A stretch of DNA of 64,000 bases from Camelus ferus (GCF_009834535.1 NC_045697.1:102922001-102986000), one strand, 5' to 3'. Shown: positions 24,402 through 37,039, counted from the first letter of the stretch. The notes: generated from the letters alone by a model not told the origin. Made by a program: numbers and translations.

Positions 24402-24494
24402 GGGGGAGGGTATAGCTCAGTGGTAGAGCGCGTGTTTAGCATGCACAAGGTCCTGGGTTCAATCCCCAGTGCCTCCATTAAAAGAAAAAAAAAA
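24402..24494 (+). mobile_element. Vic-1-type SINE
   Basis: ggggagggtatagctcagtggtagagcg..agcatgcacaaggtcctgggttcaatccccagtgcctcca + A tail. Confidence 0.92.
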
Positions 24495-24632
24495 CTGACT
24501 TAAATTCTTATGATCTTTATACTAATAAAAAAGCCAGCTTAAGCAAATAAAATGGAGTACTTACTTCCTACTATATGGGAGAATCAAGGAAGTACAGATC
24601 ACCTAATGTTCTACTGCAAAGCATTCCTGGAA

Positions 24633-24740
24633 GAATCTGAAAAAAACATACATATGTATAATTAAATCGCTTTGTTGTACACCTGAAACTAACATTGTAA
24701 ATGGACTACATTTCAATAAAAAATAAGAATTTTAAAAAAA
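24633..24740 (+). mobile_element. L1 3' tip
   Basis: gtacacctgaaactaacattgtaaat..aataaaa; TSD aaagcattcctggaa / aaagcactcctagaa. Confidence 0.85.
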
Positions 24741-25044
24741 AAAGCACTCCTAGAAACACATGTAAAAGTAGATCATTATACAGCAGACTGTTCTTTCCTG
24801 TAGGGATGAGGTTGTAATTCAGGGCTGATTCCTAATCTAGCAATAAATTATAAGGCAAAGCTCCATGTATAAATTTTTATATTTTCAAAATAAAAAACGT
24901 GTGCTTCATCCATGTTCCCATAAGATGCACTCAACGTATTGATTACATAGAAGCCTGATGAACTATAAACTCTTTATAAAGTACATAAAAAATAACAACT
25001 GCCATTTCAAAATTTCTTTATTTCTAAAAATGTGCTGCTAGAAC

Positions 25045-25470
25045 ATAGATAACAGCAGTTGCCTGCATTTTTTTGAGCACTTACTGAATGCCACCCCACG
25101 CAAAAAGCTTTACCTGCATTATATTATTTAATCCTCTCAACAAACCTGTAAGGAAACTGAGGCTTAAAAATGGTAACATCATTTGTCCAAAGACAATTAT
25201 GTAATAAGTAAGTGAACTGGGATTTCAATCCAAGGCATCTACTTCTAGAACTGATGTTCTTTATGCTGTGCTGTGCAACCTAAAACAGTAAAATTCAAGC
25301 ACTTCACATATCCATGGAATGTGAGAGCTGGACAAGGCATCAGAGAGCATTTAGCTCAGTTCCTTTATGTAAGGTAAGATCAGAGAAGAGAAATTAATTA
25401 TGAGAGTTTCTTAGTGACAGAGCCAAGGCCAGAATTTTATTGATTTCTAGATCCAGATTCTTTCCACCTC
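25045..25470 (-). mobile_element. Two MIR-family fragments
   Basis: ttgagcacttact..atttaatcctctcaacaaacctgtaaggaaactgaggc..gggatttcaatccaagg. Confidence 0.7.
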
Positions 25471-25574
25471 ACCCAACTGACTTGAAACAGTCCCTTCTCC
25501 CGAGTCAACCAATTTTAAGACATGGCATGATTTCCATATACAAAATGAATACCCAAGTTCCCTGAAGAATACCA

Positions 25575-25955
25575 GCTATGGTCAGTTACCTAACCTATTA
25601 ACTACCTATTACCTCAAAATTTAGTGGTTTTAAAACAACAAATTCATCCTCTCCCATTTTTGTGGGTAGGAATTCAAGAGTTGGGCCTGTGTTGTCCTGG
25701 CTCAGGATCTTTCATCTATTTGCTTTCAAGCTGCTGGTGGGGGCTACAGGCATCTGAAGGCTTGACCAGGGCTGGAGGATCCACACCCAAAATGGCACAC
25801 TCAAATGGCTGTTGGTGGGAGGCCTCTGTTCCTCACCAGGCAGGCCTTTCCGTTGGCTGCTTGGTGGCATGGCACTCAAGTGGAGGGGAGTTAGATTCAA
25901 CTTCCTGAAAGTAGAGGAGTATCAAAGAATTTGTGCACAGATTTTAAAACCATAG
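25575..25955 (-). mobile_element. MaLR solo LTR (MLT1F/G/H-like)
   Basis: caaaatttagtggttttaaaacaac..catctgaaggcttgaccagggctggaggatccac..caaagaatttgtg. Confidence 0.8.
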
Positions 25956-25967
25956 CTACCTAGCAGA

Positions 25968-26658
25968 ACTATTGTAAATAGTGCTTCTGTGAGCACTGGT
26001 GTGCATTTATCTTTTTGAATTAGAGTTTCCTCCGGATATATGCCCAGGAGTGGGATTGCTGGATTATATGGTAACTGTATTTTCAGTTTTTTAACTGAAA
26101 TAGTATCTCCTCACTATTTTCCATGATGGCTACACCAAACTACATTCCCACCAAAAGTGTAGGAGGGTTCCCTTTTCTCCACACCCTCTCCAGCATTTAT
26201 TTGTGTACTTTTTAATGATGGCCATTCTGACTAGTGTGAGGTGATGCCTCACTGTGGTTTTGATTTGCATTTCTCTGATAATTAGTGATACTGAACATTT
26301 TTTCATGTGCCTATTGGCCATACCTTCATTGAAGAAATGTTTAGGTCTTCTGCCCATTTCACTGGGTTGTTTGGTTTTTTTTGTTATTGAGTTGTATGAA
26401 CTGTTTGTATATTCTGAAAATAAAGCCCTTGTCAGTCACACTGTTTGCAAATATTTTCTCCCATTCTGTAGGTTGTCTTTTCATTTTATTTATAGTTTAT
26501 TTTGCTGTGCAAAAGCTTATAAGTTGAATTAGGTCCATTTGTTTATTTTTGCTTTTATTTCTATTGCCTTGGTAGACTGCTTTAGGAGAACATTGCTAAG
26601 ATTTATGTCAGAGAATGTTTTGCCTATGTTTTCTTCTAGGAGGTTGATAGTGTCTTGA
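25968..26658 (-). mobile_element. L1 ORF2 3' fragment
   Basis: [53 protein letters not shown] (ORF2 cysteine-rich C-terminal domain). Confidence 0.93.
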
Positions 26659-26679
26659 ATAGTGACCGGTTTTTAAAGG

Positions 26680-27085
26680 GGCCATATGACCCAATCTCAG
26701 AGAGAATTCATCAAGGGAGGTCTATCGGAGACTTTATGAGAAAGATTTCCTTTCTCTTAAAAAGACACACAGAGGAAGAGTGTTACCTTCTGCTGTGGGA
26801 CATTTTCGTGTGTTAATGGGCCACCTGACGCTGCTGCAGCCACCTTGCAACCATCAGGAGTGCTAAGTCTGAGGACACAGGAAACATGCTCAGGGGATGG
26901 CAGAGAGGACAGTTAAAGAGAACCTAGGTTTTGATGATGTTGCCAGGTCATTGCATTAACCAGCCCTGGAGAATATTCCCAACCTCTGCAGTTCTTGTTA
27001 CGTAGGTAATATATGTTCTTTATTGTTTAAGCCATTTTGAGTTGTGATTTCTGTTGTTTTTCAGCCAAAGGCCACACTACCTGAT
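26680..27085 (+). mobile_element. Old MaLR LTR (MLT1K/L-like)
   Basis: ggccatatgacccaa..ctgctgcagccaccttgcaaccat..ttgtttaagccattttgagttg. Confidence 0.7.
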
Positions 27086-27399
27086 AACCTGTATAGGACT
27101 TAATTCCTGCTCCAAAAGGTGGAGATAGTGCTTTTCGTGACACAGTCCCAGGCCAGAGTCACAAAGCATTTAGTAACTCAGAATCTGCAATGAGTAACAC
27201 AGACTTATAAGGACTTTCCAGAATACAAGGACAAAAAATGCTTTTCCCCATTCTCAGGACAATACACACCCCACCCCCCCAACATTTTCTAATTATTTCC
27301 CATTATTTTCTGATCATCTTTGGAAACTACGGAGTTGGCTAAAAAGAAGGAAAGAAAGGAAGGATAAAAGCTTGACCTCCTGGTATTCCTCTGCTCACT

Positions 27400-27750
27400 C
27401 TGGACCTATCACCCAAACCATTCTCTCTACTCCTATCTTCTCTAAGTAAGCTAAATCTGACTTCCTTTCCAGGGCGTTTCAAGTCACATCTTGTTCAAGA
27501 AATCTGAGAGCACAGCAGTTCATTTTGCTTTGATCTGTAATTCCTCTGGAGTCATAGTAACACATTTGCTAACCACCTGGAGACATCTCTTGGGTTATGC
27601 AGTCCACATTGCTTTTTCTCTTGTTGGTTTCTTGCCTTCCCTAGTACATTCTAAACTTCCCTGAGCTCGGAGACTCTATTTCATTCTTTAGAGATTCATC
27701 TGGTGCTTACCTGTACATGGTGGATGTTTACAACCAGGTCTTGATATACT
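27400..27750 (+). mobile_element. Degenerate L2 3' region
   Basis: ttcaagtcacatcttgttcaagaa..ctaaacttccctgag..tacatggtggatgtttacaa. Confidence 0.45.
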
Positions 27751-29431
27751 GATTTAAAAGGTAAGTGAAAATAAGAGGGTAGAAAGAAGAGACAAAGAGG
27801 AAAATGTAGGAATGCGTGTAATCTTGGTTTGGCTTATCTTAGAATTTACAAAGTAATGATCTGGGTGCAGTGTGATTTGGATGGTTTAGGATTCCTAACA
27901 CAATCATGTTATTTTCTCCGTCATTCCTGCATCTGGGTATCAGACAGGGAGGCTGGGGAAGGTGAACTGGTTCAGGGATATAGATCTGCCGGGCTGTCCG
28001 AACGAGCCCATGTTCTCCAGTTTTCTGTAGCCCCCGGTGCTTTCAGTCATGGCCTGCTTCGCTCAAATGCGTTTTCAGCCTGGCCCCTTTAAGCACTTGT
28101 GTTTCTAACTACTGCTCCTCAGGGTGCAAAATAGCAGTAAAAGCAGTTGGTACCGCTGTAATTTTTGTCAAGGAATTTGTAAGCAGGTCCCAAATGGACC
28201 TGATGAATTCCCATAATAGAAGACAAGGTAATTTCCAGGCACAGTAGCCTCTCCTGGCACTTCCTTCAGCCCTAAAAAAAAAATGCCATTTGTCCTATAG
28301 GCCCCTGCCAAATGCTGCATTGCTCCCTAGAGTAATGTCATTTACCTTCAGGGTTGTACAGCCAGGGCTGTAAATCCCATGTTTGCAGTCACTTATTTTC
28401 AGAAGGTCTAGAAGGGGAAAGTCTCAATAGAAGTGTCTTTAGCGTATCAGGGAACTCTTTTTCTAAAATTTCTCCTTTGACCCAGACTTGCGGTTTAAAT
28501 CATCAGATACACAGGATGCAGGAAGATGCTTACAATTCAATCAGCTATCTTAGGACTGTTTTCCGTATACATAAAGACAAAATAGATGGAAAATTATTTA
28601 ATTAAAACAGAGAATAATAGTTCTTTCTGGACAACTGCTGGTAGTGATGTTTCTAAAAAACAAAAATCTCCAGGCAACCAGATTTTCTTCTTTGTTCTTT
28701 CATTTCCCTAATCTTTACCCACCCCCCTTTGTTTTTCTTACTTTGTGTTTTTTTTCAACTCCTTTAAGAAATACACTGTCCCCTCCTTCTGTCCCTCACT
28801 TTACCAGCAGGTTTCCTCGCCACTAATGACCCAACAATTGTAAACAAGTAACACGCCCCTTGTTTCAGCTTTTCTCTCTCAGCCAGGCACTGGAACTCCC
28901 TTTAGAAACCGTGATTGTAAAAGCACATACATTGTCTGATGTATCTTCAGAATATTGTGTGAGGACAACAGATTTCATTATGTTTCTCCATGAACCCTCC
29001 AGTTCTGCCAGATGACTTCCGTAGTGAATGAGTCTTTGGACCGCGCTGTCCCTCGTCGGCAGCCTTGTTTATGATATTAGTTTTGGCTAGGTGGTGGCCT
29101 TGAGCTCACAGCTAAGAACATACTGAACATTTTTTGCCCCACACCTTTGACTTAATTAATGTACAAACAGGAACAACAGACTAAGTGGACTCAGCTGTTG
29201 TGCTGAGGGCCGCTTCCCTGAGTCCGCCTCTCTGATCCCTGGTGAAATGGGATCCCATCATTTCTAATGTCTACTGCTGCCTGATCATGGTCCTGATTGG
29301 CCCCCCTCCCAGGCTAAAGGAAACTTCCTTTCTTTTGGCTGGTGTGACTGTAAACCCAGGTATAACCAAACTCTAAATCTGAATTCAAAGGCAGCCATTG
29401 TTTCAAAAATAACAATGACTGCTGCTTAACT

Positions 29432-29628
29432 CTCAGCGGTGATTCTCAGATTTTAGTGTGTTTGGAAATGATCTGAGGATGCTTGGTACAATGCAGAGTC
29501 CCGTGCCCCACCTCAGACAGCTGAAACAGACTGGGAAAGTGATTTTCAGGAATCTGTATTCCCAGTAAGCACCCCCAGGCAATCACAATGAAGGAAATGT
29601 AATAAACTAGGCTGTGAAACAGTGTCTT
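29432..29628. mobile_element. hAT-Charlie MITE (MER5-like)
   Basis: cagcggtgattctcaga..aatgcagagtccc..ccccacctcagac..aatctgtatt..aagcacccccagg. Confidence 0.7.
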
Positions 29629-30373
29629 AGAGGATAGATTTTTCTGGTTCTAATGATAGGGAAAAGATGCTTATTTTAATAACGGTTCATTTCATTGGGA
29701 GATCTTATTCATCAAATAAACCGTATGCCAGCATTGTGTTCTGTACCATTCTCTCGTGTATATAAAAATCCTTATGCTTTCATTTTCGTTCAGTTCATCT
29801 CACAGGCATTAGAACTTCAGTAAAAGGTCACTTGTAGACATATGTACATACTTACCATGTACTAACTTACTGCATTAATGTGGAGATGCATCATCCTGGA
29901 AAAAATGAGAAGCTAATCTGTATAATGTTTCTACCCATCAACAAGATAAAGAAGTTGATATATATTATTATATATAATACATAATGCATAATCTATATTA
30001 TATCTATAAAGTACTTAGAATAATGCCAGGTGGATAGTAAGAAAAGACACTGTCTTCATCATCACCATTAGCATTCTAATGAACTGTCTGTATTCATTAC
30101 ACCACTTTTGGTACAGGTTTTTGACAACTCAATAATCCATTCTAAATTCTTTCATCGTATCACTGTTGATGACATGTTCTATAATTAATGTTGAAATGAA
30201 GATTTAAAAAATGTTTTTGATCACTTTGGTTAAATGAATTTTGGTTAAATGGGTTCAGTGTAAACGACTTTTTTTCATGCAGATTGGTCACATCAAACTT
30301 GGATCTCTTTAATATTTTAAGGAGATAGGATCAATTCTAATCTGTTTTAATGCTTATCTTCTTAAATACAACA

Positions 30374-30640
30374 TGTGTTAGACCAGGTCTTCTGGGAAGC
30401 AGACACCAAGACAGTATCAAACACGCAAGTATTTTTTTTTTAAGGAGAGAAAATGGGGAGAGGCTGGGGGAGGTGTCAGATCGCAATGCCAGTCGCCCCC
30501 TGGGTGAAGGCGAGAGGGGAAGGTCAATGGGAGGGTCTTAGCCTCGCAGCCTGGGGAGCCCTGAGTCCAGATCCGCCGGTGGTTGGCTAGGAGCCTCCGT
30601 GGCAGCTTCGCCTCGGCAGGAAAACAGCGGTGGACCCCAG
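30374..30640 (-). mobile_element. ERVL LTR16-like fragment
   Basis: gaagcagacaccaagac..aaaatggggagaggctggg..tcagatcgcaatgc; homologous to 47030-47505. Confidence 0.7.
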
Positions 30641-32089
30641 AGAACAGCACCCCAAGTTCAAGGTCAGCCAGGCACAGGTTCCCGGCCCCATGCCACCTCC
30701 ATGTAGCCCCAGGAGTGAGGCCCCAATTCTGTTCTTAAAGTGTAGAATGTAAGCATCATCAGAAAGGATTTTCATTTGTCAACGAGGACGTCTCACCCCC
30801 ACACCTGAGTTGCTGGGATCACTGACTCTCAGGCCGCAGAGGTGGAGGGACGTGGCCTGTGGGGGTCTGAGCAGGACCCCAGAGCCTGGGAAGGGGGGAT
30901 GGAATCTTTCCTAGCAGCATCCGGAACAGACTCACTTCAGGTTAATCATTCTGCTCCTAAAGAATGTCCCTCTGCAGACGGTTTCATGGACACTCTGAAA
31001 AGCATCTGGAAGAGAGTTTTCTCATGGCCGTATTCCAGAAGGTTCCCAAAGAGGACTTGCTATGAATGGATCTCACAGAAACAGGTAGGGACGTTCCAGG
31101 GATGGCTCCTGGCTGAGCAGATGCTGTCAACACCCTGTCCATTAATCTTCTCTTTCTCGTATTTTTCCCTTGTTCCACCATGCCAGCCATTGATCTCCCA
31201 CAAAATAAGAGAAGTGTGGCAGATCCACTGCCTTTATGTTGCTGAAGCCCCAGGACCCGGTCAGGTACAACTTCTTCCATCCTCTCAGCTGCGACTCCAG
31301 CTCAGGCCGGGCGCACAGATCACACACACGGCACCCAATAAGTCTTGAGAGCGTGCCTACACGTGCACACCTACCTATGCGTACGTAAACACACATAGTA
31401 TACACGTGTGTGTAAAACTGCTGGGACTGAAGAGGAAGCCCCCCCTTTTCTCTGGCAGACCTGGGACCACCATGCAATTCACCTGTCATTTTCCAGCCCT
31501 TGACCTCTTGACCTGTCTGTGGGGTTGCCTGGTGGCCACCCTCAGACCTCAGCACCTCACCCCTGCTCTCCTCTCTCCTCCTACCAACTCATGCAGGTTG
31601 GAGAAGGATGGAGAGGTGGGGGCAGGTGGAAATGGAGAACAAACAGGAAATCTCTAGGACAACTCCCATGTGTCCCCGACAGGAGTGGAGGGACAGAGGG
31701 AACACAATAGGAGGTGTGCTGCTGGCCTCTCAGATGCCAAAGACCAACTGCACCCGCTTCTCAACTTAGCAGAGGGCTGGTGTGTACACAGAGGAGTTAT
31801 TCTGCTGAAGAGAATTGAGGCTGAAGTCCAGCCAGAACAGTAACCAAGGCTTTCAAGTCTTCAAATTCAACAGTTTGTCTTTGAGTTCTGTTTCTTGAAA
31901 GAGGAGTTGCCTAACCAGAATTGGTTGCTTTTTTAAAAAATGTTTTTTGTTTGTTTGTTTTAGGACAGTAATATTGTTACTACTATCTTGAAAGTAGCAT
32001 TTAATCTGATTACTTCTGAAGGATCAAAAACTATCCTCTCTTTCATGGTCTAACACTATCTTTTGCAAAGGGTAAGTTAAGGAGCAGCA

Positions 32090-32198
32090 TTTTTTTTTTT
32101 TTTTTAGTGTTAATTGGCTTCTTTAATTCTGCTCTTATTTCTGTAAATCTTTTTTTTCAACTTTTTTTTTGAGTTATAGTCATTTTACAACGTTGTCT
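32090..32198 (-). mobile_element. Very short young L1 insertion carrying a 3' transduction
   Basis: L1 tip 32162-32197, A tract, unique 44 nt (32106-32149) with ATTAAA, second A tract; flanked by CAGCAT(T)n repeats. Confidence 0.75.
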
Positions 32199-32203
32199 CA
32201 GCA

Positions 32204-32414
32204 TTTTTTTTTTAATTGAAATATAGTTGATTTACAATGTGGTGTTAATTTCTGGTGTGCAGCATAGTGATTCAGTTATACATATATATGTATTCCTTTT
32301 CATATCCTTTTCACTACAGGCCATTACAAGGTACTGAATATAGTTCCCTGTGCTGTACAGTAGGGCCTTGTTGTTTATCTATTTTATATACAGTAGTGTG
32401 TATCTGCAAATCCC
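32204..32414 (-). mobile_element. Camelid L1 3' UTR fragment
   Basis: ttgaaatatagttgatttacaatg..ggccattacaagg..ttccctgtgctgtacagtagg; TSD gagcagcatttt (32082-32093) / gagctgcatttt (32415-32426). Confidence 0.9.
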
Positions 32415-33556
32415 GAGCTGCATTTTAAAGAGTAGAGATTTCATTACATGTAATGCTTCTGTAAAGCAAGGCTGAAACTGCCAAATACTGTGTAAAAAAC
32501 TGAATTTCCATCCTCTTCCAACAGCTCACATTCGTCAGGGCTCGTGCATGAGGGTGGAGGTGGAGGGGGAAGGGCAGGGCCGTGGTGACGGAGAGCTGGA
32601 GGACCAGGGTTGGGTGGGGGTGCTAAGGCTATAAATGCACAAGGCAACAAGCCAAGATCAGGCCAACGCTGGGAGAGCTACAGAATTCTAGGTTGAGGGC
32701 GGACCTCTGAATGCTTGGAGATTTTGTTCAGATCCACTCTGTTCCTCCTTCTCTCTCTTCCTCCCCTCAGTCATGATCAGCAAGTAGATTGACCTTAAAA
32801 CCATTTGCAGTTAGGAAAGCTCAAGAAATTCCACTAGTTCTTGGTTTGGACCAGGTCAGAAATAACAGAAAATGAAGAAAAGGAAGAGTCTTCTAGAGCA
32901 CAGAGCTTGAGGGCTGTGGGATCAAACCAAGAAATGTGGAAGACTGACACTTAACTCTTACACAAAGCTTTTCATCTTCAAAGGACGTGATAAGCATGAA
33001 CTAACTAAGTTTCACGACCGTGCCATGAAGCAGATAGGTCAGTCTTTTTATCTTCATTTTATGGCTGGAGGAACCAAGAATCCAGAATAGACATCATTCC
33101 ACGGAGGCCAAAAAGAAGATTTGGGAGCTGGTGTCCGTGGGCTTTGCTAGGCGTGGTCAGTCTGGCCTTGCCTCCAGCTCTTTCCTCTGTCACCTGGACT
33201 TGACTGTTAGCTTAGTATTCTTAGGAACTCGCAGTTTAACAGCGCTGGTGGGCTCTGAAGTTTATCTGCCAGCCAGATGGGAGGCAGCCCTTTGCAGGAG
33301 ATGAAGAGACCGGCTTGGGAAGGAGACAGGCCTGGGTTAGAATCCCAGCTCTCCCGTCTGCCCTGGGACCTTGGCTAAGACTCAAGTGCCCATCTGTTAC
33401 ATGCTGAGCAACTTCCTTTCCCTCTTGTCACTAAAGCTAGAGACTTGCCTTCTGTATTTCAGCCGCTCCCCAAATTTCTCAGGACCCTGCCTCCTCTGTT
33501 CCCCTCCTTTGCTCACCTCAAAGCCTATTAATTGGAAAAGAGATAGCGGGGGTTAG

Positions 33557-33770
33557 CGACTGGTTCCCAAGCTGGGCTGTGCACCAGGATTAGGGAGCTT
33601 GTTAAACACACCTGGGCCTTATCCTTGGAGATTCTGATCCAGTAGGGCCCTGGCATTGGTTTTTTTGTTTTGTTTACTTGTTTTTAGTTCGTTTGTTTGT
33701 TTTTTAACATCTAGTTAATTCTGATGCAGCGCAGATTAGACCAGCACCTTCAGCTCCAAGGCTAAGGAAC
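33557..33770. mobile_element. hAT MITE (MER5A-like)
   Basis: tggttcccaagct..gggagcttgttaaa..agattctgatccagtagg..aattctgatgcagc. Confidence 0.7.
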
Positions 33771-35444
33771 CCCTCGTGCCTCGTGCCATCACGGACTTAG
33801 CGATGGTTGGAGTCTGGTTTTCTTCTGAAATGTAAATGGCACATCAAAGTGAATCGGGTCATCTCTGAAGCCTGAGTTCTTTCTGCCACAGCGCTCAGCG
33901 TTAAACTGATAAAATCGGCCATTGTGTGCTGGTCTGGGAACCCACCACCTCTCTCAAACATTAATTTATGGATGATCCTTTGGAAAATAAATCTGTTTCA
34001 CTATGGCAGGACCTCTCAAAAGTACAAAGGCAGATTCATTGGGACATCAGGCTTGTCATTTGGGACTTTGACACTTTCTTATTTTATTAAAATTGATCTA
34101 TTTGCTAGCCTCTAATTAGTTGTTTCTTTATTGATAATGATTTGTGTATCAGTCTCAACTTAGGTCAATAACCCCAGAGTGGAGGCCATGCTTTGCCTTC
34201 ACTTACAAAGATGCACAGGAAGTGATCTTCCCCGAAGGAACTCCCCATCTCCCAGCCCCAATTCACAACCACCAATGGAAATCTCTCCCCTTTCAATCTC
34301 TCCTTCTCTTAGTGACAACCTGTTGGCTCCCCATTTCTTTTTTACTGTCATGTAATTACATTCAAATCCCTCTTCAACCAGAGGTCAGTCTTTCCAAATC
34401 AGGGCACCTTGTTTCTCATTCCCACTGTCTTCTATAACATTGGAGAGCAGAGGGTAGTGGAGCGATGTCAACAGTCTTGGGGCGGGGGCAGGAAGGAGCA
34501 GAGAACAAGGGTGCTGCTTTTACAGCAGGAAGGAGGCTCCTGTGTCCAACGTAAGGACGTGCATGTCCTTGAAAACCACCCTGGGCTTCTTTACTTGTTC
34601 ACATCGTTGGATTTCTTTCCATTTTGCAAATAACGTTTGAGTATGTGTTGTAGGCTGGGCTCCATGACAAGCACCAGGGGAGTAAGAATGAAGGAGAGAG
34701 AGAGGGACCACAGACCGACACATGACCCAACTGAAGTGTGCATGTGTCGCGGACACAGAGACAGGAGCAAACCCGGAAAGGAAGCAGAGAAGTGAGGATG
34801 GGCAAGATGTCACTTTGCTCAGGGACTTGAAAGCTAGATTCACAAGGGATGGAGAAGCATAGACAGCAGAGGGAGAGCATGAGCGTGGCAATGCAGAGAT
34901 CTCTGACATCCCGCCAAACCATCAGCCCACCCCGGAGGGGCCGAGGCCCTGCCACTTGAGAAGACACACATCGTCATGAGAATATACTCATGTGTAGCTG
35001 GCTTTTTTTTCAAGCTTTCATGTTTTCAAAATGATTTTCAGCATCCCATTGACATTTCAGAGGAACTAATGAGTATTCCCATTTAAGGTCCTGCTTTAGT
35101 AATAGTTGTTAAGTGGTTACGTAATTGAATCATTAATAATTTGCCATAGCTCTGTCTTTTGTGAAGTACTTTGCTGCTATTTTGTTGGCTATTCTTTAAA
35201 CTCTTCTTGGAGGCTATTAATATTATTGGCTTTTTTTTTTTTTTTAAATAGATGAAGAAACAGGTGCAAAAAGTTTTGGAGACTTTTCTAAGTTTACAAA
35301 AGAAGTGTTATATCAAATCAAATTAGAATTATTTGACAGTATATCCCATTTAAGTATATAGAGATCCATATGAGTAAGCAGTCAATTGAATTAGAAAGTT
35401 GGATTTTAGTTTTATTACTACTGTAATCTTACAGAAAAAAATCT

Positions 35445-35720
35445 TTTTTTTTTCTTTTTTGAAGTATAGTCGATTTACAATGTTGTGTTAATTTCTGGGG
35501 TACAGCAGAAGGATTCATGTGTGTGTATGTGTATATATATATATATGTGTACATATATATATAAAAATATTCCTTTTCATATTCTTTTTCATTATAGGCC
35601 ATTACAAGGTGTTGACTGCAATTCCCTGTGCTGTACAGCAGGACCTTGTTTATCTATTTTATATATTGTAGTTAGTATCTGCAAATCCCAAACTCCCTAT
35701 TTATTCCTCCCCACCCCCTA
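35445..35720 (-). mobile_element. Camelid L1 3' UTR fragment
   Basis: Same family as 32204-32414 and 55277-55559. Confidence 0.9.
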
Positions 35721-36069
35721 AGAAATTCTTTTACTCTTTTTAAACCTTATTTTTTTTCTATCATTTGTAAGATGAGGTTAATAATACCCCCCCCCTTAAT
35801 CCTGTTCTTGTAGACCTTGACAAGGTAAATGCAATAACATCAATGTGATGCTTTGCATGTAGAGACAAATCACAAAATAAAGGCAAGGTACTTTTTTTTT
35901 ATCACTAGCAATGTATTGATTCAGCTAGACCAAAGCATTAAAAGAATATCACAGCTAATTTAAGAAAAATAGAGGAAGATATGTCTTCACATGTAAATAA
36001 TAAGTGGGAAATTATTTTTATTTTATTTTAAGAGAACAAATGGACTTACCTATTAAAAAAGGAGAAATC

Positions 36070-36625
36070 AAATAAATTAAACAAAAATTATTATATGATC
36101 CAGCAATTCTACTTCTGGGTGTATACCCAAAAGAAGTGAAAGCAAGAATTTGAAAATAGTTATACACTCATGCTTACAGAACCATTATTCACAGTAGCCA
36201 AAAGGTGGAAACAACTTGTGTCCATTGACAGATGAATGGGTAAAGAAAATGTGGTCTATACACACTGTAGAATATTATTCAGTATTAAAAGGGAGGAAAT
36301 TCTGACTCATGGTACAACATGGATGAACTTTGAGAACATTAAGCTAAGTTGTATAAGCCAGTCACAAAAAGACAAATATTGCATGATTCCATTTATAGAG
36401 TAGTCGAATTCATGGAGACAGAAAGTAGAATGTGGTTGTCAGGGTTAGGGGATGAAGAGATGCAGAGTTAGTTTAATAGCTTAAAGTTTCAGTTGGGGAA
36501 GATGAAGAAGTTCTGGAGATGGATGATAATTTCAGAACAATGTGAATTTGCTTAATACCACTGAACTGTACACTCAAAAATAATTGTACATTCTGTGTCT
36601 TGTATATTTTATCACAATAAAAAAC
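36070..36625 (+). mobile_element. L1MB-type 3' end
   Basis: tatgatccagcaattctacttctgggtgtatacccaaaag..acaacatggatgaactttgag..gttctggagatggat..actgaactgtacac. Confidence 0.9.
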
Positions 36626-37039
36626 AAACCTCCACCTCCCACGCCCCCAAAAAAAGAAAGAAAAGAAAAGCCTGCACTGATGGAACCCAGTGGTCTAAAC
36701 TGGGGAAGATACATAGTTTCTCCTCAGTTTTCATTCTTATGATATAAAGATAATAATACCTTCCTTATGTGTTATAAGGCTTCAATGTATATGAACATAT
36801 TCCATAAACCCCCAGCTCTATACAGTGCAAAATATTGGATTCTATCTCATAATAAGGTTTGGAAACCATGATCACTTTTAGAGGCAAAGAAACTGAGCCC
36901 AAAGAAGGCTGTGAGCTCAGAGTCTGAACTAGACCCCGGAACACTCGGTCCGTTCCAGCACACCTGCTGCCTGCCTGCGGCTGTTACTCTGGGTTCTTAG
37001 AAAAGCAGAACAAAGTGGAGCCATCGTCAAGTCACCTAC

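Noticed and set aside
2561..26357. ORFs with recognisable protein sequence (2561-2842, 3227-3433, 22650-22835, 26130-26357)
   Set aside because: Fragments of L1 ORF2 with stops and frameshifts, not host genes.
28345..28406. Minus mini-exon reading DLLKISDCKHGIYSPGCTTLK, superficially EGF-like
   Set aside because: Only two cysteines, spacing and exon phase do not fit EGF/laminin repeats.
30220..30300. Repeated tttggttaaatg motif
   Set aside because: Only two clear copies; probably subterminal repeats of an ancient DNA transposon I cannot name; not a spacer array.
30842..31348. Longest ORF in the track (168 aa)
   Set aside because: GTG start, no recognisable domain, contains a pyrimidine tract; expected by chance in GC-richer DNA.
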